Assembly: GCA_050575255.1 (NCBI GenBank)
Contig: JBNZDD010013499.1
Location: 310,001 to 374,000, forward strand
Length of the DNA stretch: 64,000 nt
Direction of reading: 5' to 3'
Source of the DNA: Harriotta raleighana
Lineage: Eukaryota
In this document: positions 1-10,309 of the stretch, in pieces
Numbering within the stretch: the stretch's first letter is position 1
Layout: the number at the start of each line of letters is the position of its first letter
Translations under genes and position numbers: made by a program
The notes under the pieces: model-generated
Databases searched by the model: none
The model's input: only the letters and a program-made list of their open reading frames with translations
Told to the model about the DNA's origin: nothing

Positions 1-134
1 GATGGCGTTACGAAGCTTGGAGTGGTAGAGGACATGGGAAGCATAGTTCTAGATTATCTGCAACTAAGCAATAATATGTGAGATTTATTAGATATTATCA
101 ATCTCATATGAGTGTCTCCTCTTCTGCCATACAG

Positions 135-267
135 GTCCTACTTGCTCTTGGGGATTACATGAACGTACAGTGTCACGCTTGCATTGGAGGAACCAATGTT
201 GGTGAAGACATTAGAAAGTTGGACTATGGGCAACATGTAGTCGCTGGTACTCCAGGACGTGTGTTTG
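135..267 (+). CDS. EIF4A3: eIF4A-III coding exon (equivalent to human exon 5); gene 5' part lies before the window
   Basis: acag|GTC...TTTG|gtaagg; 133 nt; encodes [44 protein letters not shown] (DEAD-box motif Ib TPGR). Confidence 0.97.
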
Positions 268-1035
268 GTAAGGAAACTGTTTCACTATTAGAATTTTTAA
301 TGGTCCTTTTGATGGTTAACTGAATAAAGAAACCTGAATTCAGCCACTCTTTCCTAATGTTTCAATAGATGCCAATTGATCCAATATTTGAGAATTATTG
401 CTTTCTCCTTTAGATTATTTAAAGAAAATAACAAAGTATAATATCCAATATCCAAGGCAATGCCTTTCCCCACCTCCGCAACATTTCCTGACTCTGCCAT
501 TCCCCTTCCCGCCTCCCCCCCTCCGTCCTTAGCTCGGGTGTGAATCAATAACTGTCCAGCGCTTTGGGACGTCCTCCTGACATGAAAGACACTATATAAA
601 TGTAATGTTGTTGTTATGCAAGATTGCATGTGCAATAATCATTCTGGTCCTAAAATCAAAAACAAAAGATATTGCTGAACTAGTGCTGAGAAACTGATGT
701 TCTTTGCAATTTTATGGTAATCTGGCCCCAATCTATTTTAATTTTTCTATTTCAGGATATGCAAGAAAATGCTGATCAATTCAATCCCTTCTCTCTCTCC
801 TTCCTGCCCCACATCCCCCCCTTTCAGTTCATTTGTGTGAGTCAAACCATGCTTGCACAAATAGTAGTTTGTGTACTATTTTTAGTAGATACATAAAGCT
901 TTTACTTTCCACCAAAATATTAAAGAATAATATTTCTATTGAATCTGTTTGAGACAGAAAAAGAAACTGAATGCTGTGAAACTGAAATAAATCTGAACAG
1001 TAAGCCAACGAGTAACTGGTTTCTGTTTTAAACAG

Positions 1036-1116
1036 ATATGATTCGACGCAGAAGCTTGAGGACACGAGCCATCAAAATGTTGGTTCTTGATGAAGCTGAC
1101 GAAATGCTGAATAAAG
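1036..1116 (+). CDS. EIF4A3: eIF4A-III exon 6 (DEAD motif)
   Basis: aacag|AT ATG...AAA G|gtat; 81 nt; [27 protein letters not shown]; not in the ORF track. Confidence 0.97.
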
Positions 1117-1477
1117 GTATAAATTATTTTGCATATATGAAATGCATTTTTCTTTGCCTTAAAAGGGTAGTAATGTTGGATTAAAGTGGCCCAAGGGATA
1201 TATGGATCAATCCTAAACAAGAACCTACAGAATAGTGCCATTTTTTCCCCTCTTACAAATGTTTTTGTTCAGAAATGGTGCTTGTTTAATCTTTCATTAG
1301 AAAAACTCCCATTTGAAACACTGCCCACTGAGACTTGTTGAGAAATGAAACTTATTTCTATTATTTTTTCACATTAAAAAAAGTTTCCATGGGCCAATAA
1401 TTCATGAATTGATTTAATGCCATTAAATTTAATTCCATTACCGATGGTCACTGATACTCTTTGTTTCTCGGCTGCAG

Positions 1478-1619
1478 GTTTTAAGGAACAGATCTATGAT
1501 GTGTACAGGTATCTGCCTCCTGCCACTCAGGTCATTCTGATCAGTGCTACGCTGCCTCATGAGATCTTGGAAATGACCAACAAGTTCATGACTGATCCAA
1601 TCCGAATCTTGGTCAAACG
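1478..1619 (+). CDS. EIF4A3: eIF4A-III exon 7 (SAT motif III)
   Basis: gcag|GT...CG|gtaagc; 142 nt; [48 protein letters not shown]. Confidence 0.97.
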
Positions 1620-2512
1620 GTAAGCATTTCTCTGGGAAACATTGATATCTAGAATTACAGCCAATATTACACAATTGGTGTAGCATGCCATCTCTACAAT
1701 TGTGACTTGATAATCCAGTGGATTTAATATGTTTTTCTCTAGCTGGTGAATAATCTAAATCTGCTTTGAAATTAATTTGTGGATTTGCTTTGTTTTGTGA
1801 TTTTTTATGTTTCCCAGATGATAGTTCCCCTTTGCAATGAAATATGTATTTATTTTTTCTACACTCTTGTAAATGAAGTTTTAGGAAAATTCATTTGTGT
1901 AAATGTTTCCTTATACTTTCTCCTTTTCCTTTATCAGTATAAACCTGTTCACCTTTTCACTACTTCAATGGCTCATTGATTTTTGGTGGGAGATTAATAC
2001 GTTTAGCTGTTTCTATTTTTCTTTCAATTTCCTTCAAATACTGTTTCACCCATTGCACATCTTTCTCAAACATGTAGTTGAAAGTTTTTTTTATACCCTG
2101 TACAACAACTTGCATTTATATAGCACCCTCCACACTGGGTGGCATCTCCGAGCGCTTAACTAACTGCAGTTATGCAGTCTCCATTCTGCAGTCCAGATCC
2201 CAATTTTCAAATGATTAGTTCTGATGTGACTCGCTCAGCACAGACAATGAATTGAAACTGTGTATTTTCCTGTTCTATAGCAAGCTGTTAGAATACTGGC
2301 TGAGTGCAAAAATCACGTCATAGTTTTCTAATCTGGAGGATGAAAACTTACTGTTGCGGGATGAATAGTGTTAGTGGCCACACATTTTATGGCTTGGCAT
2401 TGTTACCAACAGCAGATCTAGAAATCTTCATTACAGTTAAATGTGAATGTTGATGTGTAATATGATTAAAGTAATTTTGTTAATCTTTTGTTTTGTATTC
2501 TTGTATTTTCAG

Positions 2513-2651
2513 TGATGAGTTGACCTTGGAAGGAATCAAACAGTTCTTTGTGGCAGTTGAACGGGAGGAATGGAAGTTTGACACATTGTGTGATCTTTAT
2601 GATACACTGACCATTACTCAAGCTGTCATTTTCTGCAACACAAAGAGGAAG
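2513..2651 (+). CDS. EIF4A3: eIF4A-III exon 8
   Basis: ttttcag|T GAT...AAG|gtatga; 139 nt; [46 protein letters not shown]. Confidence 0.97.
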
Positions 2652-3245
2652 GTATGAAAATATTTCTTCCATTCATTTGTCTAAAATTACTGAAGAATTG
2701 TATTGGATTGTATTGAGATCCTACTGAAAATGAGGTAATTATGTTTTAGAAGGCTAACATTTAACGAGTGTGGACTGGTGGTTAGTTTGACCAATCCAGT
2801 TTGCAGTGCTTGAAAGTTGCAACCAAGAGTCGACCTGAAAATCATAAATGTAACATTTACTTGACACCAAATGGATTTGTCAGCAATTCCTCACACTGCT
2901 TGGTTTCTGATCTCTGAGGGAATTGTTGGCCAGAACACAGAGGTTGCAAGAGAGCAAATCTTTCCTCTCCCCCACACAAGATCAAATAGAGGCTAGCATC
3001 TCTTTGGTGATCTCTTCCCTAATCAGGAACTTGAGGGCAGAGTAATACTGATTCCATATGCTGTTGTCCCATATGTTATGTAAATGACAGAATAGTTCCT
3101 CTTGGTCCAGAAGAATGTTAAGTGTCAACCATAAATCTATTAGTTCATCTAGGATCAGACAGTATTCAGATTTAGTACTAAGATTAGTTTAATTTTATTA
3201 TTTAATTTAAAAAATATTGAATAACTTCTTATGTTTTGTCTTCAG

Positions 3246-3361
3246 GTGGATTGGCTTACAGAAAAAATGCGAGAGGCTAACTTCACAGTGTCCTCTATGC
3301 ATGGTGACATGCCACAAAAGGAAAGAGAATCCATCATGAAGGAATTTCGTTCTGGCGCAAG
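3246..3361 (+). CDS. EIF4A3: eIF4A-III exon 9
   Basis: ttcag|GTG...AG|gtac; 116 nt; [38 protein letters not shown]. Confidence 0.97.
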
Positions 3362-3709
3362 GTACATTTTTGAATGAAAATCAGAATATCTGTGTGTGTG
3401 TATATGAATATGTTTTCATGTCTGCTAAATGACTATTAATGCAAGTCATCAGTGGTAATTGGAGCCAAGCCAAACTAATCCCCTTCATTTCTGATATCAA
3501 TTTATTAATTTTTGACTGTTAATAATGATGTGGGACAGGGATCTGCCTATAGAAGCCAATTGTCTAATGGCTGCCAGAAACAGACCACGGATCAAACCTT
3601 CATTTCTTGTTTCACTGAATGATCCCCGTTACAAAACATGCTTTTTTAAAATACTTGTTACATTGATTTTTCTCATCAAAATATTAAACATATCTTTGTT
3701 TCTTTACAG

Positions 3710-3817
3710 CCGAGTGCTTATTTCTACAGATGTTTGGGCCAGAGGACTGGATGTCCCTCAAGTGTCACTGATCATAAACTATGATTTACCAAACAACAGA
3801 GAATTGTATATCCACAG
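3710..3817 (+). CDS. EIF4A3: eIF4A-III exon 10 (motif V ARGLD)
   Basis: tttacag|C CGA...AG|gtaatt; 108 nt; [37 protein letters not shown]. Confidence 0.97.
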
Positions 3818-4551
3818 GTAATTACTATATATAACATGCTTTCTAAAGGTCAACCACCTTCCGATCCAAACCCCCCCCTCACAAAGAATTTTTGACCATG
3901 ACTGTTTTGGGGACACTTCTGTGGGCAATTGTTTCACCCACAAAATATGTAGTTGATTCACTTTACAGTGTACTCTGTGAAGTGCTTTGAGATGTCTCAA
4001 CAAAGTGATAAAGTGCTATATGAAATACAAGGAATATTATTATTTTTGACTGGCATTTTGACTTTGTGGTAGCAAGATGCACAATGAACATTTCATTCTG
4101 AACTGCACAATTCCCCAAATGTGGACTGAATTTTTATTAGTCTGGTTAGCAACTGGTTCAATTAGTCCTATTTTCAATGTATCATTTGCATTAGGTTATT
4201 GAATCTGTCACAGTGGTGAACAAGCTAGGTTTCACTGATCAAATAAATCTTTAAATTGAAAGATTGGCAAAACATTTTTTTTACTGCTATCCTAACTAAC
4301 TATGTAGGACTATTGATATATACTCTTCCTTTCATCCTCGTACTACACATTTTGTTTTAGAAAATGCAGGACTAAAATCCAATTTTTTTTAAAGAAGCAA
4401 GATCAAACATCAAAATGATTTTGAAAAGTGGCTTCAGATACACAAATTGTAATTCATTATCAGGAAGTTTGGTTGCTGTTTTCACACTTGCTGGCAACGT
4501 TTTGCTGAGTCCTGCTTTCTTGTTGAATATTTACTCTATATTGGTTGGCAG

Positions 4552-4679
4552 GATTGGTCGATCAGGACGTTACGGACGCAAAGGTGTGGCCATCAACTTT
4601 GTTAAGAATGATGACATTCGTATTCTGCGAGACATTGAACAATACTATTCAACACAAATTGATGAAATGCCAATGAATG
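4552..4679 (+). CDS. EIF4A3: eIF4A-III exon 11 (motif VI HRIGRSGR)
   Basis: ggcag|G ATT...AAT G|gtaagt; 128 nt; [42 protein letters not shown]. Confidence 0.97.
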
Positions 4680-5443
4680 GTAAGTTCGAACTATAGCAGA
4701 GCTTTTGATTTGACTGGGTACTTCTCATGAAGGTGCTGAAATGAGTAAATCATTTAGGATATCTTTGCACTTATATGTGCCTGGGTACACACCAACCATC
4801 AATATTACACTCCTGAGATGCTCCAGAAAGATGCATGACTAATGTAGAGCTATTGGAACAGAAGTTAGAGAGTATGGGAAGAACCTCAATGATGTCTCCT
4901 TTCCCTTGACCACGAGATATCTTTCATCACATTTTGATGATCAGGTTCCAACTCTATCCTTGGGATAGTGTGCAGCAGTTCATGCAAATCTGAGATGGTT
5001 ATCGTCAGTTACCCTTTTCCAAGTATTGTTCTTTGTGGTCAGTAATTGGGCTCATCGGTCACCATTGAACATTAGCCTTCCCGTTGGGGACTCCTTCAGA
5101 TCATTCCAGTCGCTTCCTTGCCAAGCCCAGAGTTGCTGTATAGTGTGCATTTCATTCAGATCAGAGGTTTTATTTGGCTCAAATCGACTAATATTACAAT
5201 ATATTGTATCTGTGTAAAGATTTTTTTTTACCAACCTATATCTACGAAAAGCCATTTCATAAATATTCAGCTCCCCAAAAATAATGCATTTTACTTCAAT
5301 TAATATTGAAATTAAATCTCATTCTGGGTGAAGACAAATTGAAAGCGTCTGATGCAGATGGAAGCTGGTTTTCAGATTAGTAGGAAATTTTATAACTTAA
5401 TTTATGCAACTTTGTTGAATGAACATTGTTTTTTTTCTTCCAG

Positions 5444-5460
5444 TTGCTGACCTTATTTAA
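5444..5460 (+). CDS. EIF4A3: eIF4A-III last coding exon (VADLI-stop)
   Basis: tttttttcttccag|TT GCT GAC CTT ATT TAA; phase matches the preceding exon; canonical eIF4A C-terminus VADLI. Confidence 0.96.
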
Positions 5461-6389
5461 AGACACCGAATGGTTCCTGGAAGACTTGGGTTGAGGTTAT
5501 TTTTGAAAACCTAATGAGTTTGGGTGTTCCAAAAGAACTCTTGCATACGGACTCTACACAACGATTCTGTAGATGCATTTCCTATCCTGTTTTTAATGAT
5601 TCTGGGCATGCTACAGTATAGTTTTATAAACCTAGTGTTGTTATTTTGTACACATGGATCTAATGGGCAGAATTTTCTGAATAAGAATATTGAAGTGTAA
5701 TGTAGGACTCAAAACATTTGCGTATACTATTTGATTTGATTAAAGCCTGGTGATCTACCTACATTTGATCATTTTTTTAAAAACAGCTGTTGGACTTGCC
5801 TTACTCATTGGTTTCACTTTCAAATTATGTAAACATTTAAAGAATTTGCACCAAATGCTTAATAGTCGATTTGCACTATTTCCATGCTTTAGGTTCTTAA
5901 GTTTTTTTTAAAGAAATGTTTATTAGTGGTCTGTATAGGCATACGGTTTGAGACCTGCTGGGAGAAACTTTTTCCTGAAGTGATTAGTTAGTTCAATAAT
6001 TCCTCCAAAAGAAATACAATAATAAAATTTGGTCATTTCAATCTAAGACTGTTTGTGGGAGACTGCAGTGTGCAATTGACTGCCATGTTTTGCCCACAAA
6101 TATATATTCTGTGAAGTGCTTTGAGACATTGATAAGATGTGAAAAGCGCTATATCAAATGCAAGGATTATATTATTAATACTTTGTACAGCCTGTAGCTA
6201 AGACAGCTGTCAAATGCCCCAACCCATTTTAAAGTTTATGGTTTGAGAACTAAATTAGATACAATCATTTCTTTAAAAATAGTGCAAATGTACTAAAATC
6301 AATGTAGATGGAACTTCATTGCTGGTGAATCAACTAGTTAATTGGACTGTTGTTTAAATTTACCAGAGTGGTACTTTGTAAAATAGATA

Positions 6390-6727
6390 CAGTAAAAGTC
6401 TGATAATCAGGCACGGTCGGGACCTAGGCAGTGCTGGATTGGGGGATATGCTGGATTATTGGACGTTACTCTTGGGGAGGGGAGGATTTGAGTGTGCTGT
6501 GCTGTTATCTATGTTACATACCTGTATAGCGAAACCCAGAGCTCTCCCCATCCCGGCAGAGCAGGTGGTCTGTCTACAGAGGCATCGCACCCGCCGCAAG
6601 TTAATTTTTGAAAAAATAAAATTAATGCCGCTTATTAAAGCGCTGATTACAAAAAAAACGACCATCGCAGATGCCGGACTATAAAGCTTTCCGGATTATC
6701 AATTGTCGGATTAAAGGACTTTTACTG
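6390..6727. mobile_element. non-autonomous Tc1/mariner-superfamily (pogo/Tigger-like) MITE
   Basis: TA|CAGTAAAAGTC...GACTTTTACTG|TA: perfect 11-bp TIR (imperfect to about 24 bp) with TA target duplication; 338 bp; no transposase. Confidence 0.85.
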
Positions 6728-6764
6728 TACCCTGCAATGTCAATTTGTACTTGCCTTAAGCAGC

Positions 6765-6770
6765 AATAAA
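6765..6770 (+). terminator. candidate EIF4A3 polyadenylation signal
   Basis: AATAAA outside repeats, TGTA motifs just upstream and T-rich sequence downstream; alternatives are ATTAAA 5739 and AATAAA 6021 and 6615. Confidence 0.4.
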
Positions 6771-8717
6771 ATTTTCCATTTTTAACCCTCCGGGCCTTTC
6801 AAAGTTCACAGTAATTGTATAGCCACATTTGCAGGTAAATATGAAGCTATTTTGCCTATGAAGGTCCAGTGGTGGCAACCAATTGAGCTCGAAGCGTGTT
6901 ACGAATGCAGTACATCCTTACTATTCTACTGGACAATATAGAATATAATTCTGCTCCAGAGCATCAAAAGAGGAGTTTGAGGAGCTGAGGTAAAAGGATC
7001 AGTGTTTCATCAACCCCGCCATGACATGAAAAGTGAAGTGATGAGTGAATTCAGATTAATTGACAGGAAGCCTGGTATGAAATTTTCACTCACTTAAAAG
7101 GCCTTCAAAAGAATTGTAATTTCACCCAAAAATCTGTAGGGCTATAGTTGAGACACTGCTGTAATTGGGTAAATTAGGACAACAGCAGGTCACATGTCCA
7201 AAGATGAAAAATCACATTACTCGGCCTGAAGGGAGACAAATCCACCAAACAAAAATAATAAAGGAAACATCCCACCCAACTGTTGCACACAGGACATATT
7301 TCAAACCCACCTACTGCATCACTTGTGAGCAGCTCTATTGCATTTTATCCACCAGCAATGAGCATTGCACTGAAGCATGTTTTTCAAACATTTAAATGTA
7401 CATGGAATGATCAGAATGTTACAATCCCACCTTTTCTGTAAAGTGTAGTAACTGCTACCACGTACGGGCTCTAGAATATTGTGCGGTCCATTAAATCATA
7501 CTATTCATGACCACTAGGAGGTAAACTTTGGGCNGTAACTGCTACCACGTACGGGCTCTAGAATATTGTGCGGTCCATTAAATCCTATTCATGACCACTA
7601 GGAGGTAAACTTTGGGCTATCAATATGGCATAAAATCCAAAACTATTACCAGTTTGTACGTGTTCATAATCCCCCTGAGACCAGTGCTAACAATCTGGTT
7701 ATCCACAATTAGCAGAAACCAAGGGGGGAAGCTTGCACTATTCCCACCTAATTTAGATGTATACCAAGCAACCTGTGTAAAGGGTGCTAAATAAATACAA
7801 GTTGTGTGCAGGTGATTTAACATTATCACCATAATCTTTCATTTCAACAGATTCATTATAGATAGCAGAGATTGTCCTGGTCAATATTTCCCCCCACACC
7901 TCCCCCTGGGTTGTTTACTTCAAAGCTGTTTAATGCAAATTAGCCACCTATTTTCACCCACACAAGGTAGTCACTCCACTTGAGAGTAAATTCCCATGAA
8001 GCACTTTTGAGCTATCCTTCTGCTGGGAGAAGCACTACATCAAATGTAAGGATAATCATTATTTCTACAGGAATGCAACATTTTCATATTCAGATATAAT
8101 AGTAATGTGTCTAAAGTGGATGACTAACACTGACTCAAGTAAACCAAGAGTAGGTTTCATTTGTAACTAGGACAACTAGTTGGTGAGATTTCATAACCAG
8201 CCTACATGATTTTACAGATTTTGTTAAAAAAAATCTGAAGCCAAGAATTTCATAGAGTACTTTGATTTAATTATGTATTGAAAAATAAATTACAGGAAAT
8301 AACTTTAAAATGCAACAGAAGACAACTCAATTCCACAACTAACATTCCCATTGCTTTGCCATAAGGGGTGGGATTGCAGTGCTGACGGCAGGTAATATCA
8401 CAAATATATCAAAACTTCAAATTTGATGCATTCTTATGTTTACACCAACCACAAATAACATTCCTTTACAGAAACTGCACGTAGCCTACCACGGTACCAG
8501 ATTTTGCCATTAACTACAAAAAACTTGATACAAAATTTGGTATTTATATATTTATATTTAATATACATGCCCCACCTCATTTAACGATTGATAGAAAATT
8601 AAATAAAAAAGATAAATGCACTGTACAGACAATGCTAACAGGTAGCTGGAGGCAACTTTTGGATGGATNAAATTGACCGCGTACACGTATCTGTGGGCGA
8701 AACGCGGCAGCCGATTT

Positions 8718-8748
<31 letters not shown>

Positions 8749-9027
8749 TGAATTAGTATGGCACAATGGATGATTGAAGTGCCATTACATAAACCATAAA
8801 CTCTCGGCTGTTTTAACTTCGTCTCGGGCCATTTTCAGAAACAATGGCAAGGCGAGCCTGTTACCTCCATCTACAGCATTTTTTTGTCCTCGTAAATTAA
8901 TCCTGCGACCTGTGCAGATAGGATTCATGCAGTGTGTAATACTGGTATACAGGCAAAGCATATAACGAAAAACAAAAACAGCTGGCTCATTTTCAGGCGT
9001 TACTACGGTCCTTGATGAACCCAATGA

Positions 9028-9033
9028 TTTATT
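9028..9033 (-). terminator. candidate proximal ATL2 polyadenylation signal
   Basis: minus strand reads TGTACAAATAAA about 345 nt after the 9378 stop; a distal ATTAAA lies at 8266-8271. Confidence 0.45.
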
Positions 9034-9377
9034 TGTACAGTATACTACAGTGCAACCAGCCTTTCACAAACATGAATCCACTGACACAAAGTAGACCTGA
9101 AAAAGGAAATTCGATTAGGGTTCATGTTTCAAAAGTAACAAGTTACAAAGCAAAATGGCACATCCCTGAACTACCTTGTTTACAGTAACATACCCACAGA
9201 AAAACCACTCGAGGACAGAACTATTTCCTCTTCATTCTTCAGACTTTGTGGCAGCGTCCAGTGAAGGTGGGCCTTTCGTTCAATATCTACGAAGACCAAT
9301 TTTAACTGATTCACCAAGTCCATAACCTACAGCAAGCACTTGACACGAATAGAGCCAGGCAAGAGCAAGTTGGATTC

Positions 9378-9497
9378 TCAGTTTATCTTTGATTTGGTTT
9401 GTTGGGAGCCCTGTTCAGTCAGACCTGCTTTGATGGAGTTTGCTACAGTCCGCCTTATGTTGTCCTCCATCAAATTGTCACTCAGTGGCTTCAACAC
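9378..9497 (-). CDS. ATL2: atlastin-2 alternative terminal exon, ATL2-1-type C-terminus
   Basis: ttttgtag|GTG TTG AAG...AAC TGA; [39 protein letters not shown], closely resembling the human ATL2-1 tail [29 protein letters not shown]. Confidence 0.93.
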   Translation of the reverse strand: MLKPLSDNLMEDNIRRTVANSIKAGLTEQGSQQTKSKIN

Positions 9498-10033
9498 CTA
9501 CAAAATGGAAATGTTAAAAAGGAAAAAAAGGAGACTTAAATGGAGTAAACCAAAAAACATGCTGTTTAAAAATACATGTCCATTAAAATTTCCTCTAATA
9601 GCTGGGGAATAATAGCCATCATATTAGACACAAAGGAATGATCAGATGTGGAATAAAGTAATTTGTGAAACCCTGTGCTTTAAAGGGAAGAACAAATGTT
9701 AACTCAATGATAAAACATGGCAGCTGTGCTATTTGCTTCTACAGAAAAATCAAGATAATATGGAATAGGAGAAGTGAATGTGGCTTAGAAAAGAAATGAA
9801 AAACCTGATTAATGAATGTAATCGAGATGCATCTATCCATAATTCACCTTCAAGTGGGTCTGCTTTGCTCTAACAGTCACTTAAAAGAAATGAGCAGTTC
9901 TGCACCCTACATGTCAGCCGTGTACATTTTACAGACTATTACACAGGGAGACAGACCCTGACAGTTTGTTACTGTGCACATGTAAATGTCCACACTTCCC
10001 CCAAAAAACCAGTAGACGATTGAAGCGCAAAAA

Positions 10034-10135
10034 CTAGTTTTTCTTCTTGTTGTTGTTTGATGAAAGTCTCAGTGATGTTGCAATAGAACGATGTATCACC
10101 CGATTTCGAGCAGAAATGAACAGCTTGGATAATAC
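10034..10135 (-). CDS. ATL2: atlastin-2 alternative terminal exon, ATL2-2-type C-terminus
   Basis: cactaattaac...ttgttttag|GTA TTA TCC...AAC TAG; VLSKLFISARNRVIHRSIATSLRLSSNNNKKKN*, resembling human VFSKLF...RLSSNNNKKKN. Confidence 0.92.
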   Translation of the reverse strand, partial: VLSKLFISARNRVIHRSIATSLRLSSNNNKKKN

Positions 10136-10294
10136 CTAAAACAAGGAGTTGTTAATTAGTGATTTCCAGAACACTGATTAAATCCAGCATGTACTAGAAA
10201 TGAAGGATAACAGTCTCTAAATTAATGCTAAAAAAAAAAATCTGGAATTCTGCGGTAATACAAGCACAAAATAAGGTCTCCTTTTACTCCTCAC

Positions 10295-10309
10295 CTTCTT
10301 TGGACTCCT
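10295..10309 (-). CDS. ATL2: atlastin-2 15-nt microexon (RSPKK)
   Basis: tttttttcctttaatgcaatacag|AGG AGT CCA AAG AAG|gtgagg; frame-preserving; matches the RSPRK insert of human ATL2 isoforms. Confidence 0.85.

Noticed and set aside
2860-3120. possible LF-SINE-like ancient element; AmnSINE2-like fragments also at about 3510-3630, 37590-37680 and 54140-54320
   Set aside because: resemblance is from memory and too degenerate to support without an HMM search
4930-4998. intronic box C/D snoRNA in EIF4A3 (TGATGA...CTGA)
   Set aside because: box C is imperfect, the terminal stem does not fit K-turn geometry, and I recognised no rRNA guide; the eIF4A snoRNA hosts I know are EIF4A1/2
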